Origin: Squalus acanthias | Lineage: Eukaryota | Direction of reading: 5' to 3' | Length of the DNA stretch: 64,000 nucleotides | Assembly: GCA_030390025.1 (NCBI GenBank) | Contig: CM059432.1 | Coordinates: 150,600,001-150,664,000, forward strand | Part shown: positions 23,424 to 35,466 of the stretch, piece by piece | Numbering within the stretch: the stretch's first letter is position 1 | Layout of the letters: every line of letters begins with the position of its first letter | Notes under the pieces: model-generated | What the model was told of the DNA's origin: nothing | The model's input: only the letters and a program-made list of their open reading frames with translations | Database searches by the model: none | Translations under genes and position numbers: made by a program

Positions 23424-24396
23424 AGTAGCAAGAACTTTCACTGAGCAATCGCCAACTTGGCTCCCAAGAATTTGTTACAGATGGTCTCACCAAGGTTTAC
23501 CAGATGTCTCCAATGCCTCAACAGAAGGGCTCTGTGTTGGATTTGCTCTTAGGAAGGTTTCCTCACTTATCAGTACCCATGATGAATTGCCACTGCTAAT
23601 AAGAACTTGGTGAAGATCTGGTCACAAAAGTCAAAGATGAGAATTGTAAATCAACAAATATCCAGTAATTTGTCGGACCTCTTCTGGATCGTGCTGAAAG
23701 CTACATGGAATTAAGATCGAGGGTGTACAACCATGCAAGTATCCCCATTTTCAGTATTCTAACATTCAGAATTTGTCTGCGTTTCAAAAGGTTACAGAGT
23801 TTGGCTTCACACCAATGGTGCAGTTACACACCCTGAATCAGACATCAGGCCCTGACCTGACACCGAAAGAAATTAAAGGAGGAGCTAATCTCACTATGCT
23901 TCACTTGGGAGTCAGCTCAGGCCTTGGTACCCGAATTACACTCCAATTTTACCACTGGTGCGAAGCGGTTCACATGCTGTGGAACGTGAATGCGACAAAG
24001 ATGAATAAATGATTTGAGTGTTTACAGACCTGTGTATATAAAACGGGAAGGGGGATAAATCAAAATATATACTTACAGTTTCGGTTTACTTTTGGAAATT
24101 CTATCGTCACTAAGAACAAAATTGTATTTATATAGCGTCTTTCACAACCTCAGGAGCTACAAATTGCAGAACAGGCTCGAGAGGCTGAATGGCCTACTCC
24201 TGTTACTATGTTAGAGTCATAACGGCACAGAAGGAGGCCATTCGGCCCATCGAGTCCATGTCGGATAAATAATTTCCTCCATTGTCACAATCTTTTCCCA
24301 CATTAAATAAGTTTGTCATATTAAATAAATGTTAGGAAGCTAATCTTCTAGGGTAAACTGGCAGTATTGGTCGTGTTACTGAATACAAATTTTCAG

Positions 24397-25652
24397 AACC
24401 TCTCTGGCCACAGGGGAGGTGCCAGAGGACAGCAAACGTAGTACCATTGTTCAAGAAGGGTAGTAGGGATAAACCAGGGAATTACAGGCCAGTGAGCCTA
24501 ACATCAGTGGTAGGGAAATTATTGGAAAAAATTCTGAGGGACAGAATCAGTCTCCACTTGGAGAGGCAAGGATTAATCAAGGATAGTCAGCATGGCTTTG
24601 TCAGGGGGAGATCATGTCTAACCAATTTGATTGAATTTTTCGAGAGGGTGACTAGGTGTGTGGATGAGGGTAGTGCTGTTTGTAGTGTACATTAATGATT
24701 TAGATATGAATGTAGGAGGTATGATCAGTAAGTTCGCAGATGACACGAAAATTGGTGGAGAGGTAAATAGCGAGGAGGGAAGCCTCAGGCTACAGGACGA
24801 TATAGACGGGTTGGTCAGATGGGCAGAACAGTGGCAAATGGAATTTAACCCTGAAAAGTGTGAGATGATGCATTTTGGGAGGACTAACAAGGCAAGGGAA
24901 TACACAATGAATGGTAGGACCCTAGGAAGGACAGAGGATCAGAGGGACCTTGGTGTGCATGTACATAGATCCCTGAAGGCAGCAGGACAGGTAGATAAGG
25001 TGGTTAAAAAGGCATATGGGATACTTATATTCTATGCCTCGGCTAATGAAGGCAAGAGCAGGGAGGTTATGATGGAGCTGTACAAAATGCTAGTTAGGCC
25101 ACAGCTGGAATACTGTGTGCAGTTCTGCTCGCCACACTATAGGAGGGATGTGATTGCATTGGAGAGGGTGCAGAGGAGATTCACCAGGATGTTACCTGGG
25201 CTGGAGCGCTTCAGCTATGAAGAGAGACTGGACAGGCTGGGGTTGTTTTCCTTAGAGCAGAGAAGGCTGAGGGGGGGACCTGATTGAGGTGTACAAAATT
25301 ATGAGGGGCATAGATAGGGTAGCTAGAAAGGAACTTTTCCCCTTAGTAGAGGGGTCAATAACCAGGGGGCATAGTTTCAAGGTAAGGGGCAGGAGGTTTA
25401 GAGGGGATTTGAGGAAAAACTTTTTCCACCCAGAGGGTGGTTGGAATCTGGAACTCACTGCCTGAAAGGGTGGTAGAGGCAGGAACCCTCAACATTCAAG
25501 AAGCATTTAGATGAGCACTTGAAACGCCATAGCATACAAGGCTACGGACCAAGTGCTGTAAAATGGGATTAGAATAGACAGGGCTTGATGGCCGGTGCGG
25601 ACACGATGGGCCGAAGGGCCTCTTTCTGTGCTGTATAACTCTATGACTCTAT
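24397..25652 (+). mobile_element. CR1 RT/3' fragment with internal deletion; same subfamily as 43395-46998
   Basis: Near-identical to 46020-46940 except for a deletion of roughly 220 bp at about 24676; tail ctctatgactctatg. Confidence 0.92.
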
Positions 25653-26005
25653 GGCTAATCCAGAAGCCTGGACTAATCCAGAGAACGTGAGTTCAAATCC
25701 CACCATAGTAGTTTGAGAATTTGAATTCAGTTTAAAAAATCTGGAAATAAAAAGCTGATGTCAGTAAAAGTGACCATGAAGCTGTCGGATTGTCGTAAAA
25801 ATCCAACTGGTTCACTAATGTCGTTTAGGGAAGGAAATTTGCCATTCTTACCTGGTCTGGCCTCTATGTGACTCCAGACCCACAGCAATGTGGTTGGCTC
25901 TTAACTGCCCTCTAAAGTAGCCTAGCAAGCCAAGGCAACAAGGGATGGGGAATAAATGGTGGCCTTGCCAGCGACGCCACATTCCGAAGAATGATGAAAA
26001 CAAAA
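25653..26005 (+). mobile_element. tRNA-headed SINE (shorter variant) sharing head and tail with the LINE at 8474-12379
   Basis: B-box GAGTTCAAATCCC at 25689-25701; head joined directly at cctagcaagcca to the tail ggcaacaagggatggggaataaatggtggccttgccagcg. Confidence 0.8.
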
Positions 26006-26718
26006 ATCAAATCTTACAAACTTAGCCAATTTAAATCAACCGCGTGCAGCAGCCACCATCTTAAAAGTATCAAAGTAGTTCATATAATATCTTGCTAAAT
26101 CTTAGAATAGTTAGCTAGAACAAATTGTACCAGCAAAGACCAATAAATCATTGACATCACATTGGTCTGCATTGTAATTAGCAGTTCATTATGTATTAGT
26201 GTGTAACAGAAGTGTGGTATCTAATGTGCATTTTTAAAGGATGCCCTACATAACGGTGACCTACACTGGCTCAACTCCAAAAATATCAGCATTTCTTTGA
26301 ACAATTTAGAATATAGCCTGGGCAAATCTCTATTAAAATACTTCCTTAGATGAATATTTAATCGGTTCTTTTTATCAAAAAGCTGACATTATATTTTAGT
26401 AATTAGACTAGCCCAATTAAAGCTTTCTTCCACACTAAATAAATTAAGTTTTAATGGTACTTAGCAATTCATCTGGGTTCACACTTTATTGCAAAACAGC
26501 AACTATATACAAATATCATACAGTGAAATTGTTCAAATGATTTATCAAAGCTCTCACTCTTCCCCCGACCACCTGAGCAATAATGTCAATTAACATCTGA
26601 ATGTTTGATACAGATTCTTTAATAAAGCCAATTTTACACTCACATGATGATAAGAAAGTACAGAACAAGAAAAGACACTTCGGCTAATCAAGCCTATTCC
26701 TTCCATGGCCATTAACTA

Positions 26719-27275
26719 GGGGGGGGGATCGGAACTCCTCCGCCCGGCGGAAATCAGACAGAATGGAAGTGGTCACTCACCGCTCTGTTTCGACCCTGCA
26801 GGCTTCATCAGGCCACTGTTTTCCTGGCCAGGCATCCACCTGGTGCAGGTGGTCACCTCAAAGATATATGCAAACCGGGGTCCTATCATTTAGACCAGGT
26901 CCAGAAGCCATTTTAACGCCCTACTAAGCAGTGCGTCGGTCATGGATGCCCTGTTCTGTAGAAGCGGTCGGAGCAGAAGTGGAGGCGCCGTATGGTAAAT
27001 AAAGAAAACTTACTTTTGGAGGGCTAGGAGGAGCAGGAATGCGCCCCTGGACCCCACAAAGACAGTTTGGGATGTTGCCATCGAGCTCCCTGCCCCCTTC
27101 CACGTTTGCGAAACCCTCCCAACCCTCCTCTGCAATGAGTTATCCGAGTGCCAGCCAGTCACACTTCCGGGCTGCCCAATGTTTGCCAGCCAGAACCAAG
27201 TGAGCGACCTCCAGATGCCCGTTTCAAGCTGGCAGCTCACCTGCTGGCTTTCTACCAAGGAGTTGAAATTACCCC
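26719..27275. mobile_element. Harbinger-type MITE
   Basis: Degenerate TIRs GGGG..AACTCC / GGAGTTGAAATTACCCC. Confidence 0.5.
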
Positions 27276-27469
27276 AACTATCTTTGGCATGGACTACCCA
27301 AACTTAATCACCCGAGGGAGGTGAAAAAGCACTAACAAAACTTCCAAAGGGATAATGCTCTATGAAATTTTTCACTGACCACAAAAGGTAATCTGATGAA
27401 ACACCAGGATATCAACCGAACATCAAAACGTTACATTATTTGATCCTAACCATTTTCATTCCATCACTG

Positions 27470-28560
27470 AGGCCGTGGTGATTGGCGAGGCTGATAGCAT
27501 TGATAATGACGGTATGCTCATACCTAATCTTCCTTCTTACATCCCAATTCCCCCTCATCCTACAATCTCTTCCCACTTACAAGCTGCTCATGGTGTAAGC
27601 ATGTGCATATTGCTTCTCCCTCTCCTCTCCCCCACCGCACCCCCCTCCACCTTTGTGCCTTTCTCCTTTTAGATACCTAAGAGCTCCAACCAGCCCAGCC
27701 TAAACAGGACAAACAAGAGGAGGAGTGTGATAGAGAAGAGGAGACACTATAACTCGATTTGACACTTGCAGGCTCCAGCGCAGAAAATGGCACTGCGCGT
27801 ACTTGAGAGACTAGTATAGACGCGGGATCTGCACGAGGTGAGTCACCGGGCACGAGTGAGCTGCAGCCAGGGCAGGGGGAAAGGGTAGCTCAGGGGCCAG
27901 CTCCCCGGAGGGCGAGGTCGCACACGAGTTCTGCTGCAGAGGACTCAGATGAGGACTTAGATGGGGCGGCCTTCACAAGAAGCATGCACGCAGAAATGCT
28001 TGGTGCACTGGCAGGTCTGCCAGAGAGCCTGTTGTCACTGTCAAGGAGCCTGGCTCCAACCTTGCACAGGGCTTTGTGCAGAGCTTGGAGCCCATGATTT
28101 CCAGGATGGCAGTGATGGGCAACTCCATTAGAGTACTTATGGACTCAACCATGATGCAGGGTCCAATGGGCGATGTCTCAGCTTCCAATGCAGCACAAGC
28201 GGAAGCGTCCCAACGTCCGAGTGCTGCAGTGGAAGCTCAGACTTCTGGAATGCAGACTCAGCTTGCTGCCACGCAAGCTCAGACTGCTGCCATCATCTCT
28301 GCGTTTACCAGTGTGGGAAGGGGCTTGCAGGGTCTCGCAGCAGTCCAGCAATCGGTCATCCAACAGATTACTAGGATTGCTGAGGCCCAGAGCTGCTCAA
28401 GGTCATCCTGCAAAGCCATCTGCAGTCTCGCCGACTGAAAGTCAGCAGCCTTCCACCAGCCATGTTGTAGCCACTGGGGTAGCACTACGTAGGAGCACTA
28501 GGATAGGCAAAGGCACACGAAAGACAGATACTAAGGGATGCAGAAGGGTGATTAGTTGAA
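27470..28560 (+). pseudogene. Harbinger accessory (Myb-like protein) gene, C-terminal remnant
   Basis: ORF 28076-28438 (AQTAAIISAFTSVGRGLQG) is homologous to 60194-60418; it converges on the transposase remnant. Confidence 0.6.
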
Positions 28561-28722
28561 ATGGTATGTAGTTTTGGAATTAATGATTTACAAATTATGT
28601 TTGGAATATTTATTTTGTGGTAGCTTTCACTTCAGCATTGTGGCCAAGGGGACGTTGTGATGTTCTGTGACAGAGGGATGGTAAGGTAGGAAGTGTTGAG
28701 CAACTTTGATCTGGGGTTTCAT

Positions 28723-29240
28723 TCAGGGGAACCAGAGTCTGATGATGCGCTCACGGACAGCCCATCCACAACATAGGTTTGCAGGCTGCCTCCTCCCTTC
28801 CTCCTCCTGAGGTGGTTGCGGAGCCTGTGGTGGCAAGGGCTGCGCCCTCATGATGGCCAAGTTGTGGAGGATGCAGCAGACCACCACGAATTGGTAAACC
28901 CACTCTGGCGAGTACTGGAGGGTTCCTCCCGAGCGGTCAAGACAGCGGAACCATTGCTTGAGCACACCGATGGTCTGCTCGATGACGTTCTTCACGGCAG
29001 CATGGCTGTCATCATATGATTGCTGGCCACGAATGGGGGGGTTGCGGAGGGAAGTCATCAGCCAGGTGTAGAGCGGGTAACCCTTGTCACCTAGCAGCCA
29101 CCTTCGGGTTTGACGTGGTGGCTGGAAGATTGCTGGCACAGCGGACTGGCGCAGGATGAAGGCATCATGACTGCTGCCAGGATACCGGGCATTCTCCATT
29201 ATGATGTGCTGGGCATGGTCGCATACCAACTGCACATTAA
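28723..29240 (-). pseudogene. Harbinger/PIF DDE transposase, C-terminal fragment (HARBI1-like)
   Basis: ARYPGSSHDAFIL, WLLGDKGYP, NVIEQTIGVLKQWFRCLD, CCILHN motifs. Confidence 0.9.
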
Positions 29241-29639
29241 GTCTGTGGTACCTTTGACATGTCTGGTGAAACCATGGAACCCTATCCTCAGAACAATGCT
29301 GTTAAGACTGACATAATTTGCAACTCCTGCCAGGCATACTGACCGACTGTCCGTGAGACACAGTGATCATCCATAAATTATTAGGGCTTCCCTCCTCTGC
29401 AGCAGTTAGTCCAATTAAAATGGGCAAGATATCAACCCCAGAATGAGGTACATCTCGCCCACTCAAATAGGTTTAGCAACAGAGTGTTTATTTCCACGAC
29501 GTTTTTGACCCTCTGTTCGCATGTGCGCCCGTTTGGTACTGCGCATGCGCACTCGATCCGGTCACACATGCACAGTACCAAACGGTGCGACGGCTGCGGC
29601 CTGCACTGCCACGCTTTCCTTGGCTCTGTGCGGAGGTGG

Positions 29640-29990
29640 TCAGGGGATCGGATCGAGGGGGGGGGGGTGGAGAGAGGATCGAAGAGGGAGGAGAGAGGAT
29701 CAAAGTAGGGGCAGACAAGGGATCGAAGGGGGAGAGAGGGGAACAAAGGGGGGTAGCGCGGGAATCAAAGGGGGGAAGAGTGGGGATCAAAGGGGGTAAA
29801 GGAGAGGGGATCGAAGGGGGGAAGGATTAAAGGGGGGGGGAACAGGGATCGAGGGGGCGGAGGAGGGGATTGAAGGGAGGAGGGAGGGGAGCTCGGAGAG
29901 AGAGGAGCTTGTGGGGGCGGGGGGGGCGAGAAGGTCAGGAACTCGGAGAGAAGGTCAGGAACTTGTGGGTGGGGGGGTTGGGTGGGGGAG
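29640..29990 (+). repeat. G-rich degenerate tandem repeat (GGGATCGAAGGGG-like) inside a probable Harbinger MITE
   Basis: Repeated ggatcga/ggatcaa units separated by G runs; GGGCAAGATATCAACC terminal-like motif at about 29422. Confidence 0.7.
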
Positions 29991-30240
29991 AAGGTGATCC
30001 AGGTCTAAAGGAGCGAGGAGGAATGCGAACAAGAACGTGATCCAGATGGGAAGATATATCACGCTCTCCCGCCCTCAAGCCTGAATCACGTTCTTCCATC
30101 CCCACCCCCTTTATACCTGCACCACATTCTCCCTCTCCTCTTCCTCTCCCCACCCCCCACCCCAGCGGTTCAAGAAGACAGCTCACTACCACCCTCTCAA
30201 GGGCAACTAATTAATTTTTAAAATGAGAGCGTATTCTGTG

Positions 30241-30331
30241 CAATATTCCCTGTAAGCTGTGTGGCAACGCAGCACTCCAGGGAGCCCTTAAAGGGTCTGC
30301 GCAGGGCCAAACAAAGTTAGAGGAAACATTG
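30241..30331. mobile_element. 91-bp hAT-type MITE
   Basis: Ends CAATATTCCCTGTAA / TTAGAGGAAACATTG; perfect 8-bp TSD ATTCTGTG. Confidence 0.85.
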
Positions 30332-30384
30332 ATTCTGTGTTGGTCCTACAACATGCATAACTTTACATTTGTGTGTTGTTTGCC

Positions 30385-30780
30385 AAGACTCGACTATTCC
30401 AATGTTCTCCTGGCCAGCCTCCCATCTTCCACCGGCAGATGGAATGAACTTGAGCTAATCCAAAACTCTGCTGCACGTATCCTATCACGCAGCAAGTCCC
30501 ATTCACCCATCACCCTGTGCTCGTTAACCTACATTGGCTCTTGCTCCACCAACAACGTTCCCGCTAAGCTGCATGGCCACGCAGCTGTCTGGAGGTCCCA
30601 CGCAGGCTGCTTACCGGCTTTTGAATGGGAGATTTCACGCAGGCGCAAAATATTGCAGCCCGTTAAAGGGACCGCACACCCAAAAAATTAGGGGGAACAT
30701 TGTCCACCAACACCTTGATGTTAAAATTCTCATCCTCAAGTTAAAATCCCTCCATGGCCTCACCCCTTCCTATCTGACCT
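30385..30780 (+). mobile_element. L2 fragment interrupted by a hAT MITE
   Basis: RLDYSNVLLASLP ... LIQNSAARIL ... HITP-like motif. Confidence 0.75.
30553..30702. mobile_element. 150-bp hAT-type MITE
   Basis: Ends CAACGTTCCCGCTAA / TTAGGGGGAACATTG; perfect 8-bp TSD TCCACCAA. Confidence 0.85.
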
Positions 30781-32849
30781 CGGCAGTGTGAGCGCTGTGA
30801 GTGCTGCTAACCCGGGAGGGTGAGCCCTGTCTGTTCTCTGAAAGCAGTAGTGTTAGCACTGTGAGCTTTGGAGCCTGGCGGCCACAATGAATGAATCAAA
30901 TTACACATTACAAAGATGTCGATTACTCCAGCAGGCAGGATCAAATTACACATTCCAGAGAAACTGTTGGATGAGTCTTGTCCTCCAAGGGGACCAATCA
31001 GAAATTTAGTGTTGCAAGTATACACGACTGTTTAGCAATTATGAACTCAGATTATTCCCATCATGTCTGTCTCCTGCCAGTCGCAACACCAGATATTAAA
31101 ATCGGTCCATGAAGTTGCAGAAATGGCTATTTTAAGTAAGCACTGTTTTATGCCACAGCATTTTCTATTGTTCTTGCCCAACATAATTTTTTACCAAGTT
31201 GGCATCTTTCTAAATACATCACTATCCTCTTTCCACACAAAGCAGCAATCAACAGAGCCAATAGCACGTTGAACTACATAACCTAATCAGTTGAATACAA
31301 GTCAGAAGAAGTCAGGATCAAGCTGCAAAGTGCTCTGGTCAGAACTGGGATTTAAAAAAACCTGCACAGCTGTCAATTTTGAGTCCTGCTTAAGGTTAGG
31401 AAAATAATAATGAACCAATATTATAGCAAAAGTTACAATTATACAAGTCTCAACTTGATCTTGTTTGGTCACCTAAAATGTCTATTTATCTTAAAAATGC
31501 TATCATATGGAGCTCTCACCCAGTACATATTGGGTGGCACTGAGAGAATGTACATATTTGCATCATGTGTAGATTTTCCAGCAGTAATTCATGGCTGGTG
31601 ATTTAGGTATCAATTGCTACAGCTGGAAATACTTTCACAAGTTAGTATAAATTCCAGTATCTGGAGTTATATTCATGCCATCTTGATTGCAAGAACAAAG
31701 CATCCCCTTACAGACTGTAACCATGAGCAAGAACCCAGACTGAAGTACAGTACAAGCTATCTTCCCCAAGCAAGCTTCTTGCCTATAAAGCACTAGTATT
31801 CACAGCAGCCCAAATATTCCCACTGTGGATATGCCAGGCAAGAACGTGATTGTGAAGGACAATAAAAACAAATCTCATAGATGATACTTATTATGTAAAA
31901 ATAGTACATTTGGTAAAATAAGCCTTCATACACTGCATTAGGCTTGTACAGTATTCACTTCAGTTCAGAGAACAGCTGTACCCAGGGTATCTGCTTCAAC
32001 TGATAAATCCTCATAAATAATAAGGATTTAAGACTTATGCTTGTCAGTCCACATTTGTAGAATCTTCCTGCCTTGTCTCCACCTTGCAGGACCAAATGAG
32101 GGAAAATTATAAACTAAATAGACTAAAGACCAGCACGATTTTTTTTTAGAAAACATAATCAAGACCAAGTAAAACACTGAACACCTGAGTTTTGATTTAA
32201 TTCTAGGAACATGAAAATCTGTGCTGTTATAAATAATGCGCACAATGTCAGGAGAAAAGTTATATTTAACAGTGGAGATATGCAATTTATTGCAGTTGAA
32301 AACATGAATATTCATGTTGTCCCACAGAAAAACAGACTGCGATGATTAGTGCGGATTTAAAACTCAACAGATTACCATATTTATCCTAATCATTACCATT
32401 CCACTGTCCCCTCCCACTATATTTTTTTAAAATGAGGTATCAGAGATAACAAAGACACTTTGCCAAGCCAAGCAACTGTTACTTTGGATACAACATAACT
32501 CATCAGGGTGCTAATTAATCTCGATTCAATAACTGCCACCAAAGCAGAATGTGGAGTTCTGTCCAGCTGACAATTCAGAACAAATTTTTAATTTGCTTAT
32601 TGCACAGCATAAACGAAAGTGAAATGAATAACCTCCTTCGATATCAATTCTGATTATGCTTACTATCTGTTATACAGCCAGACCAACTGAAAGAACCGTT
32701 TTTCTAATTTACCTTAAGAATGTATGGATTAATTAAGTATTTTATTGGCTAGCTGGTGACGAGACAAAAAATTACTACTTTATAATACTCAGAAGGGTTA
32801 GCTCTCCATAAACTGCTGTAGATTGAACTTCTGTACAATGTGATCTTAC

Positions 32850-32928
32850 GGTGATGCTGTACATTTAACTCTTCAACAACGATGTCAGATGGTGCAACTT
32901 CCCAGCTGTCAACATTCAGCTTGGAAGG
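32850..32928 (-). CDS. Putative host-gene exon C (PSKLNVDSWEVAPSDIVVEELNVQHH), phase 0 to 1
   Basis: Minus strand reads ttctgatattttatag|CCTTCC...CATCACC|gtaaga; 79 nt; only one of three frames is open. Confidence 0.6.
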
Positions 32929-33973
32929 CTATAAAATATCAGAACAAGTACTACAGAGTTTGGCAAAGAACTGTGCCTCTCGAAATGGCAGCCCAGCGAA
33001 TGTCTCTGGCATTGAAGCCACAGTAAGTGTGTGCATCTAGAAAAACTAGGAAACACCACCAAATACCAAGAAAAACCTATCAGACGTCTTATAATTCTGT
33101 AACTGTTGTTCTAGGAGATTCTAGTCAAGATAATTACATCAATGAGTAGTAGCCTTAGGGGAGTAAACAACAAGGCAATACAATATTTAAATTTGTTTTG
33201 TTTTTTTATGGACATTCGAGGCTCAAATCCTGGCGTGGACTTGAGCGCACAATCTACTGACTCAGAGATGAAAGGTTACCAACTGAGCCAAGCTGATGTT
33301 TAGCATTTCTAAAAACATTGCACATCCTTACCCATTTCCTTTTGCACGCACTGAACAAAATAATTTATAAACCAAAATGCTAGTGAAGACTATGAGATAT
33401 CTAAAACTCATCCTGTTAACATGCTTGAATTATTTTATAAGACAAAGTAATTTTACAGATATCATGCCATGCTTATTTTTTTATACTATTAACATTACAT
33501 TTCCAAAGATCTTTCATGAGCTGATTGTTAAGTTTTCAACACAAGGGAAACAATATCAGTAGCACACTATTAATGGTACTACCCTTTATATTAATGGGTT
33601 ATCTACATTTTTAATGAGTTGCTGAATTAAGTTACCACATGGGTAAGTGAAATGGTTCTAATTAGGCGACCAGCAATCATTAATTGCTTTGGATTGAAGG
33701 ATCATTTTAAATTCTGAACTACCAATGGGGGACGGGGAAATGAGCAAAACACCACAAATAGCATCTCATCCTGAAGTATTTGTTAGTAGCTCAACAGGCT
33801 TTAAACAGATCAAAGTGCTCACAATTAAAAGACGAAACTCTCACTGGTGCTTTAATAGCTCTCTATACCTTCGGCCAGCATAAACTGTACTGGATTTTAT
33901 CATCATCATCCTTATTCAGTACATTGAATCATCGTTCATAACCTTGGAATAATTCCTAACTGGAAGAAATGAT

Positions 33974-34721
33974 GGCCCGGAATTTGCAGTTGCATTGACA
34001 GCAAAATTGTCAACATTCATCGTCATTACTCTGTACAGACAGCAACTTCTGGAATCTGCACATGCGCATTTAAATGCAGAAATCCTGAAGTTGCTGTCAA
34101 TGATACCCTAATCCTCCACAGGGTGCACTGTTGCAGTCCTCACAGATTGAAATCAATTAGAAATCACTAAACTGACGTGAACTTCCACTTTTTTCGCACT
34201 ATTCTCACTTAAAAAACCCTTAAGCCCTGTTGAATGAGGTGCAACTGAATTTTTAATGGTGCACTGAGTCATAATTACTGCTGAATAACCTCTCTGGCCC
34301 TGAAAAAAAAAATTGTATTTATGGACTGTCATTTTTCTTCTTTTCATGATAAAAATTGCATAGATTTTTTAAATATTTTTTTTTGAAGTGTGTTTATGAT
34401 ATTTCAGCTTCTACTTTAATCCATGTGCATGTCCCAATCTTTATTTCACTTTCTGTAAAATTATAAAAAGTGAATGATAAAACTTGCTTGTTACTTCCTG
34501 GTTTGCTGTCTGAGAATTCTTCACTGTGATTGGCTGCTTAGCCTGCTTGATGACATCACGGTTGCCAGATGCCAGAAATCCTCTATAAATGGCGCCAAAA
34601 TGAAATTAATGTCAGAAAAAGTGAAATCAACACCACAAAGCCCGCTAAAAGTTTGTGGACAGCTTTCTTCGAGGTCACCAGCGAGTGCCGGCACTTCACC
34701 GCTGACCGCATGATCCAGGCC
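33974..34721 (+). mobile_element. Harbinger-type MITE family A, copy 3
   Basis: TIRs GGCCCGGAATTTGC / GCATGATCCAGGCC; internal similarity to copies 1 and 2. Confidence 0.75.
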
Positions 34722-34784
34722 AATTTAACATTTGAAATTTAGTTAACAAAATCTAGACACTGACCAAAATATTAGACAAATTTT

Positions 34785-35010
34785 CACTCCGAGTTGTCGG
34801 GATCTGGAACGCTCTACCTGAAAAGGTGGTGGAAGCTGATTCCATAAATAATTTTAAAAGGGAGTTGGACAGGTACTTGAGGATGAAGAGCTTACAGGGT
34901 TACGGATAAAAAGCGGGGATGTGGGACTAAGCACGACTGCTCTTTCAAAGAGCCAACAGAAGCACAACGGGCCGAATGGCCTCCTTCTGTGCTGTAAGTT
35001 TCTATGATAC
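34785..35010 (+). mobile_element. CR1 3' tail fragment
   Basis: Encodes IWNALPEKVVEA-like sequence, then gggccgaatggcctccttctgtgctg. Confidence 0.8.
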
Positions 35011-35466
35011 TGTAGTTTTATAAATGCACAGTGAATATTAAATGAAGAACTACTGTGGACAAAAGGCCCAAGAATGGAATTCTGTATTTTTAGGGGAAAG
35101 GTACAGATATTTGTGCTTTTTTAGTGAACTAAGACAATATAAATAATCCAGTAGATTTTATGCTGTGCTAAAGGATAGAAAACTATATTAAAGCATCAGT
35201 GAGAATTGAATATTTTAATTCTGAGCACTCTTATCTAGTTTTAACAGATTTAGGATGAGTTTCTTTATATTTTTGTGAAGTTTTGCTCATATCACCAGAG
35301 CGGTTTCTCAACTGTTTGCAGAAGTCAGTATCTAGCATCTTCAAAAAAGCCAGTCATAGGAATGAAAATAATATTCATTGACCCAAGATAGACCAAACAG
35401 CAGACATTGTATCAGTGTCTAACCAGAGACGAGTTTTTAGCTCTGAGCTTGATATAAAACAAAAAT

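Noticed and set aside
24077..24109. 33-nt minus-strand exon with a perfect GTAAGT donor
   Set aside because: Its acceptor is supplied by an adjacent repeat tail, and splicing it to exon D creates T+GA stop; possible minor exonisation only
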